Shown: positions 54,331 through 58,562 of the stretch, piece by piece | Numbering within the stretch: position 1 is the first letter of the stretch | How the letters are laid out: every line of letters begins with the position of its first letter | Origin: Elusimicrobiota bacterium | GTDB lineage: Bacteria; Elusimicrobiota; Elusimicrobia; Elusimicrobiales; UBA9959 | Direction of reading: 5' to 3' | Assembly: GCA_027340875.1 (NCBI GenBank) | Contig: DAIENX010000009.1 | Coordinates: forward strand, 1 to 58,562 | Length of the DNA: 58,562 nucleotides | The notes under the pieces: generated by a model | Told to the model about the DNA's origin: nothing | Databases searched by the model: none | Seen by the model: the letters and a program-made list of their open reading frames with translations, nothing else | Position numbers and translations under genes: made by a program

Positions 54331-55863
54331 ATGATAAAGAAGCAGCAAAAGAACCACGAACGGCCCGGACACGCCGCCGTCCTGAACGGCGGACGCGACG
54401 CCTTCATGACCGCCTCCCTCGAGGCGGTTACGGAGCGTTTCCAGCTGGACGGCGCCTCGTTCTACGAGTACGACGAGAAGACGGGACTGCTCCGCCTGCG
54501 CCTGCGCCACGAGGCAGGGGTCTCGTTCGAGCACGAGGAGAACCTGCGCCCCGGCTCCGGCTCCGCCGCGGCCCGCGCTCTCGCGACGCTGCAGCCGGCC
54601 TCCTCCAGGAGCCCGGCTGGTTATTTCCTGTATTCGCCGTTCCGGTTCGATTACTGCGATCCAGGCGGCGGGCGCGGCATGGTGCCGTGCCTGGGTCTGG
54701 TGCGCATGGAGCGCTCCCTCCGCCGCCGCCGGTTCACCGCGGCCGAGTCCGTCAGGGCCGACGCGTACCTGCGTTCCTACATGCAGGATTATTATAAGTC
54801 CGAGTTCTTCGCCCTTCACCGCAAGTACGACAAGAACGTATCCGCCATAACGGAGCTGAGCGAGGTATTCGCCACCGCGCTGCGCGTCAGCGACAGCTTC
54901 CGGCATATCCTCGCCGGCATACAGAGCTACTTCGGTTTCGACAGGGTCAGGCTCTACCTGATAGACGAGCCCAACCGCAAGCTGAAGGGCGAACTGTCCG
55001 CCGACATCCGCGGCCAGATCAAGAGCATCTCGTACGAGGAGATCCCGCTGGAGCTGGGCGCGCACCGTTTCGCCGATATAGTGCTGGGCAAGAGTTCCGG
55101 CGCGTTCATGGAACGCTACAAGGACTGCGTGCTGTACATGCCGCTGGCCGTGCAGGGCGTCACGATAGGCCTGCTGATAGTCGACAACCTGCTCAGCCAG
55201 CAGCGCATAGAGCCCCAGGACCTGGCCATGCTGAAGTCCTTCGCCGGACAGATAGCCCTGGCCGTGGACAATTCCCGCCTGTTCGACAAGGTGGAGGAGT
55301 TATCGCTCTACGACGAGCTGACGAAGCTGCCGCTGCGCCGCTACTTCAACCAGCGCTTCCAGGAGGAGTTCTACCGCGCCGAGCGCTTCAAGCAGCCGCT
55401 GGCCCTCGTCTGGGCCGACATAGACTATTTCAAAGAGGTCAACGACACGTACGGACACCAGATAGGCGACAAGGTGTTGCGCGAGACCGGCAGGGTTATA
55501 CTATCGAACCTGCGCAAGATCGACTTCCCGTGCCGCTACGGCGGCGACGAGATCATCATCCTGCTGCCGCAGGCTACCGGCGAGGAGGCCAGACGTCTGG
55601 CCCAGCGCCTCAGCCAGGAGCTGGGCGAACTGCGCATTCCGGTGCCGTTCTCCAAGGCCAAGGAGCTCCGCGTCACGCTCTCGATAGGCGTGTCCACGTT
55701 CCCGCAGGACGCCTCTTCGATGGAAGCCCTGCTGCAGAAGGCGGACGACGCCTTGTACTGGGTCAAGTCCCACGGCAGGGCCGGCATAGCCCTGTATTCC
55801 GACACGTCGGCGCAGGAAGCCAAGGCCGGGGCTCCCGGAGGCAATGAAAATGTCGACAAGTAA
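54331..55863 (+). CDS. GAF-domain diguanylate cyclase
   Basis: GAF-like regions, DELTKL, DIDYFKEVNDTYGH..GD, RKID I-site, RYGGDE, SIGV, AD.ALY..K. Confidence 0.92.
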   Translation: MIKKQQKNHERPGHAAVLNGGRDAFMTASLEAVTERFQLDGASFYEYDEKTGLLRLRLRHEAGVSFEHEENLRPGSGSAAARALATLQPASSRSPAGYFLYSPFRFDYCDPGGGRGMVPCLGLVRMERSLRRRRFTAAESVRADAYLRSYMQDYYKSEFFALHRKYDKNVSAITELSEVFATALRVSDSFRHILAGIQSYFGFDRVRLYLIDEPNRKLKGELSADIRGQIKSISYEEIPLELGAHRFADIVLGKSSGAFMERYKDCVLYMPLAVQGVTIGLLIVDNLLSQQRIEPQDLAMLKSFAGQIALAVDNSRLFDKVEELSLYDELTKLPLRRYFNQRFQEEFYRAERFKQPLALVWADIDYFKEVNDTYGHQIGDKVLRETGRVILSNLRKIDFPCRYGGDEIIILLPQATGEEARRLAQRLSQELGELRIPVPFSKAKELRVTLSIGVSTFPQDASSMEALLQKADDALYWVKSHGRAGIALYSDTSAQEAKAGAPGGNENVDK

Positions 55864-57238
55864 CCTCTCCGCCGGCCGTGCCTTTTCCCGCTGCGCCGGA
55901 CTGGCGCTGCTGCTGGCCGCTTCCCCGGCGCTGGCGGTCTTCGAGGACCTCCCGGCCGGCGCGAGGCAGCTCGCCTTCGGCGGCCGGTCCGCGGCGCTGG
56001 ACGACGCTCTTTCCTTCTATGGCAACCCCGCGCTGGCCGGGCAGGCCCGCAAGTTCTCAACCGGGGCGCATTTCCTCTCCTCCGACAGGACCACTCAAAG
56101 CCAGGCAGACGTGGCCGCCTACGGTGCCTGGGCCACCGTGCCGCGCATGGCCTACGGTCGCATGGGCACGCTGTCCCTCGGCGGCCTCTATTCCGTCTAC
56201 GGCGGCAGCCTGAAACAGAAGGAGCTTTCCTTCGGCTGGGGCACCTGGCAGCTGCTGCGGTCGGAATCGGGCGTGCTGGACCTCGGAGCCGCTTTCAAGA
56301 TCCTGAACGCCTCTGTTCCCGGGGGCGATTCCGCCTCCGGCTTCGCCGCCGACATAGGGGCTGTGTTCCGGCCCGACGAGAGCCATGCGCTGGGCTTCTC
56401 CATATTCAACCTTAACAACCCCGCCTTCAACGTGGGCGTTCTCAAGGACCACGCGCCGCGCGTGATCCGCCTCGGCGTATCCGAGCGCCGGAGCGACTTT
56501 ACGATGGCGCTCGATCTGGCCGTCCGCTCGGCTTCGCTGGGCGAGAGCGGCAACGTAAGCCTTAACCCGGGGGTGGAGCAGCTCTGGCGCACCGAAAGGG
56601 CCGGCCGCTTTTTCGGCCGGGCGGGGCTGAGCCTGGCCGAGAGGGCCACCGCGCTCAGCGCCGGGCTCGGCTGGAGGCGGTTGGCCACGGAGCTCTCGTA
56701 CGCCGTGGCCGTTCCGCTTACAGGAGGGATCTCCGCGGCGCATTCGCTTACGCTGTCCCTGCGCTTCGGGGACCGCGACCTCGAGGATGAATACGAGACC
56801 ATGATGAAGCGCGAGATCAAGTACCGCAAGGACCTCGTCGAGGCGCTGGACGAGTCCGCGCGGAGGGAGGCGGCGCTCAAGGACGAGCTCTCATCCATGA
56901 AGGCCGAGATAGATTCCCTGAACTCCAGGCTGAACGATACGCAGGCCCAGAAGGCCAGCGAGAAGAGCGAGAAGGAGAGGTTGGCGACGATAGTGCGCCG
57001 CCAGGCCGCGGCCGAGGCCGAGCTGAAGGCGATGGAGGAGAAGCGCCGCGCTGACAAGCTGGAGCAGCTTAGGCACGATTTCGGCTCCGACTGGCAGAGC
57101 TATCTGAAGCTGAAGGGGGGCGGAGCCCCCGCCGATGTCCTGAAAGGCTCGTTGCAGCGTATGGTAAGCCAGTACCAGGATTCTGGGATCGACATCAGCC
57201 AGGCCACGGTAGAGCTGCAGGGGCTACTTAACAGATAA
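55844..57238 (+). CDS. PorV/PorQ-like outer membrane beta-barrel with C-terminal coiled coil
   Basis: Signal peptide, GAR.LAFGG..A.DD....YGNPA motif, alternating beta strands, LSLRFG then a long coiled coil. Confidence 0.65.
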   Translation: MKMSTSNLSAGRAFSRCAGLALLLAASPALAVFEDLPAGARQLAFGGRSAALDDALSFYGNPALAGQARKFSTGAHFLSSDRTTQSQADVAAYGAWATVPRMAYGRMGTLSLGGLYSVYGGSLKQKELSFGWGTWQLLRSESGVLDLGAAFKILNASVPGGDSASGFAADIGAVFRPDESHALGFSIFNLNNPAFNVGVLKDHAPRVIRLGVSERRSDFTMALDLAVRSASLGESGNVSLNPGVEQLWRTERAGRFFGRAGLSLAERATALSAGLGWRRLATELSYAVAVPLTGGISAAHSLTLSLRFGDRDLEDEYETMMKREIKYRKDLVEALDESARREAALKDELSSMKAEIDSLNSRLNDTQAQKASEKSEKERLATIVRRQAAAEAELKAMEEKRRADKLEQLRHDFGSDWQSYLKLKGGGAPADVLKGSLQRMVSQYQDSGIDISQATVELQGLLNR

Positions 57239-57241
57239 CTT

Positions 57242-58562
57242 ATGAACGCATCGAGGACCATCTATAAGGCGATACTGCTCCTGGCTTCGGCCTGGCTGCT
57301 GCCGTCCGTTCTCTGCGCGCAACAGCTCTACGTCTCCAACATGCAGGTCAGGGCCAGGAACGCGGCCGTCTCCGACGGTTACTGTGACGACATCGATTTC
57401 AAGGTGACCGGCACCATAAGCGGTCCCATCAGCGGCACCCTTTCCAGCAGCACCGTGTCCGGCACGATGGTCTATTACACCGGCACGTCCACCCGCACCG
57501 CGGTGACCGCGAACTGCAACGCGATCACCCGCGTGGTCCCGGTGAATCTTTCCGGCACTTACTCCGGCACGCTGAGCGGCGCCGTGACGGGATACGATAA
57601 CTGGGCCAACGGCACGGTCAGCGGCGTGCTCACTGCTCCGTCGGTATCCGGGACGGCCAGCCCGGGCAGCATTCCCTTCCGCGACAACGCCAGCGGCTTG
57701 TGCACCATGATGTCCCCCAGCCAGGCCGTTACCTGTACCCCCACGACCCTGACGATGACGACCACGGCGAACGGCACCGTCTCCGGCAACACGATAACCG
57801 CCGTTATCCCAGCCACCCCGGAGACCTCGCCTAACCTCACCTGCTCCGGCGGCACTACCAGCATGCAGGCAGGCCAGTACGCCTGGACCGGGAGCGGCTC
57901 CAAGAACGTCACCGGCAATATAGGCCCCGGCACGCTCACCGGGCCCGCCAACTACGACGACTACGACGTCAGTTTCATCTCCAGCATCAGCGGCAATACG
58001 GTGGAGCCGGCGGTCTGGTCGGCCAAGATAGAGATGGAGCATCCCCGGACCGCCTACCCCAGCGCCTGTCTCGGCCTGTGCGCCAGTCTGATCTGCGTCA
58101 GCGATGCAGGCTCTTTCGGCATAGACGAGCTGACGTTCGAGATCTTCAAGTTCAGCGCCGGCTCCAACCCGCTGGACCCGGCCTCCACCCCGCCGATACG
58201 CACCGTCTCGATGTACAATATCGGCACCTGCAATAGTTCTGGCAACGCCGAATACAGGATAGGGTCGTTCTGCACGGCCTGGGACGCCACCTATAACCTG
58301 AACGGGCTGTTCGGCAAGACGAACGGCCAGTTCGGCTTCAGGGCGAAGGTGCGGACGAACCAGGTCAGCGCGACCGCAGGCAACATCTCGATAGAACAGA
58401 CGGCGGCCTACCCGGGCCAGGACCAGCTGCCGATAACGGTGGACGTGGTGAACGTGCACGCGGTGAAGTCGAGCCCTACGGTGGTGGGCAGGATAACCGG
58501 CGTGGCTGCGCAGCCGTACAACATCCTGTACCGGCTGTCGAAGGACGCGAGCGCGACGATAA
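57242..58562 (+). CDS. Large secreted Ser/Thr/Gly-rich beta protein (partial; runs off the right edge)
   Basis: Absent from the ORF track because there is no stop in the window. ATG at 57242 follows the previous stop; MNASRTIYKAILLLASAWLLPSVLCA|QQ signal peptide; open to 58562; ends I.YRLSKDA.ATI (FlgD-Ig-like). Confidence 0.85.
   Translation, partial: MNASRTIYKAILLLASAWLLPSVLCAQQLYVSNMQVRARNAAVSDGYCDDIDFKVTGTISGPISGTLSSSTVSGTMVYYTGTSTRTAVTANCNAITRVVPVNLSGTYSGTLSGAVTGYDNWANGTVSGVLTAPSVSGTASPGSIPFRDNASGLCTMMSPSQAVTCTPTTLTMTTTANGTVSGNTITAVIPATPETSPNLTCSGGTTSMQAGQYAWTGSGSKNVTGNIGPGTLTGPANYDDYDVSFISSISGNTVEPAVWSAKIEMEHPRTAYPSACLGLCASLICVSDAGSFGIDELTFEIFKFSAGSNPLDPASTPPIRTVSMYNIGTCNSSGNAEYRIGSFCTAWDATYNLNGLFGKTNGQFGFRAKVRTNQVSATAGNISIEQTAAYPGQDQLPITVDVVNVHAVKSSPTVVGRITGVAAQPYNILYRLSKDASATI

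Overview
High-GC bacterial chromosomal window. The pilin style, PorV-like barrel and gene content suggest Elusimicrobiota, but this is inference. Most of it is housekeeping and metabolic genes: recG, a type IV pilin, nrdR-nrdD-nrdG-dut, pruA, a molybdenum-cofactor cluster, a DEAD-box helicase, lysC, pilT, tRNA-Arg(GCG), a PAS histidine kinase, a nucleotide-sugar dehydrogenase, site-2 protease, trpS-scpA-scpB-galT-glgA, a PLD protein, an MBOAT pair, an RND efflux operon, ftsX-envC-ctpA-tsaD, an SBP-fold/GGDEF pair, a PorV-like protein and the start of a large secreted protein. I saw no integrase, transposase, reverse transcriptase, Cas gene or CRISPR array. The most unusual signals are: (1) at the left edge, a tandem pair of paralogous structured small-RNA units with covarying stems, each behind its own promoter carrying four TTGA boxes at exact 11-bp phase; (2) a single ORF joining a TetR repressor to a TolC channel through a signal-peptide-like segment, with a consensus promoter and candidate operator; (3) class III ribonucleotide reductase fused to a CxxC redoxin; (4) a B12/radical-SAM enzyme fused to an AzoR-like flavoprotein, next to a possible prenyltransferase-fold protein; (5) tRNA 3'-end duplications interleaved with palindromic inserts; (6) several families of modular intergenic palindromic repeats.
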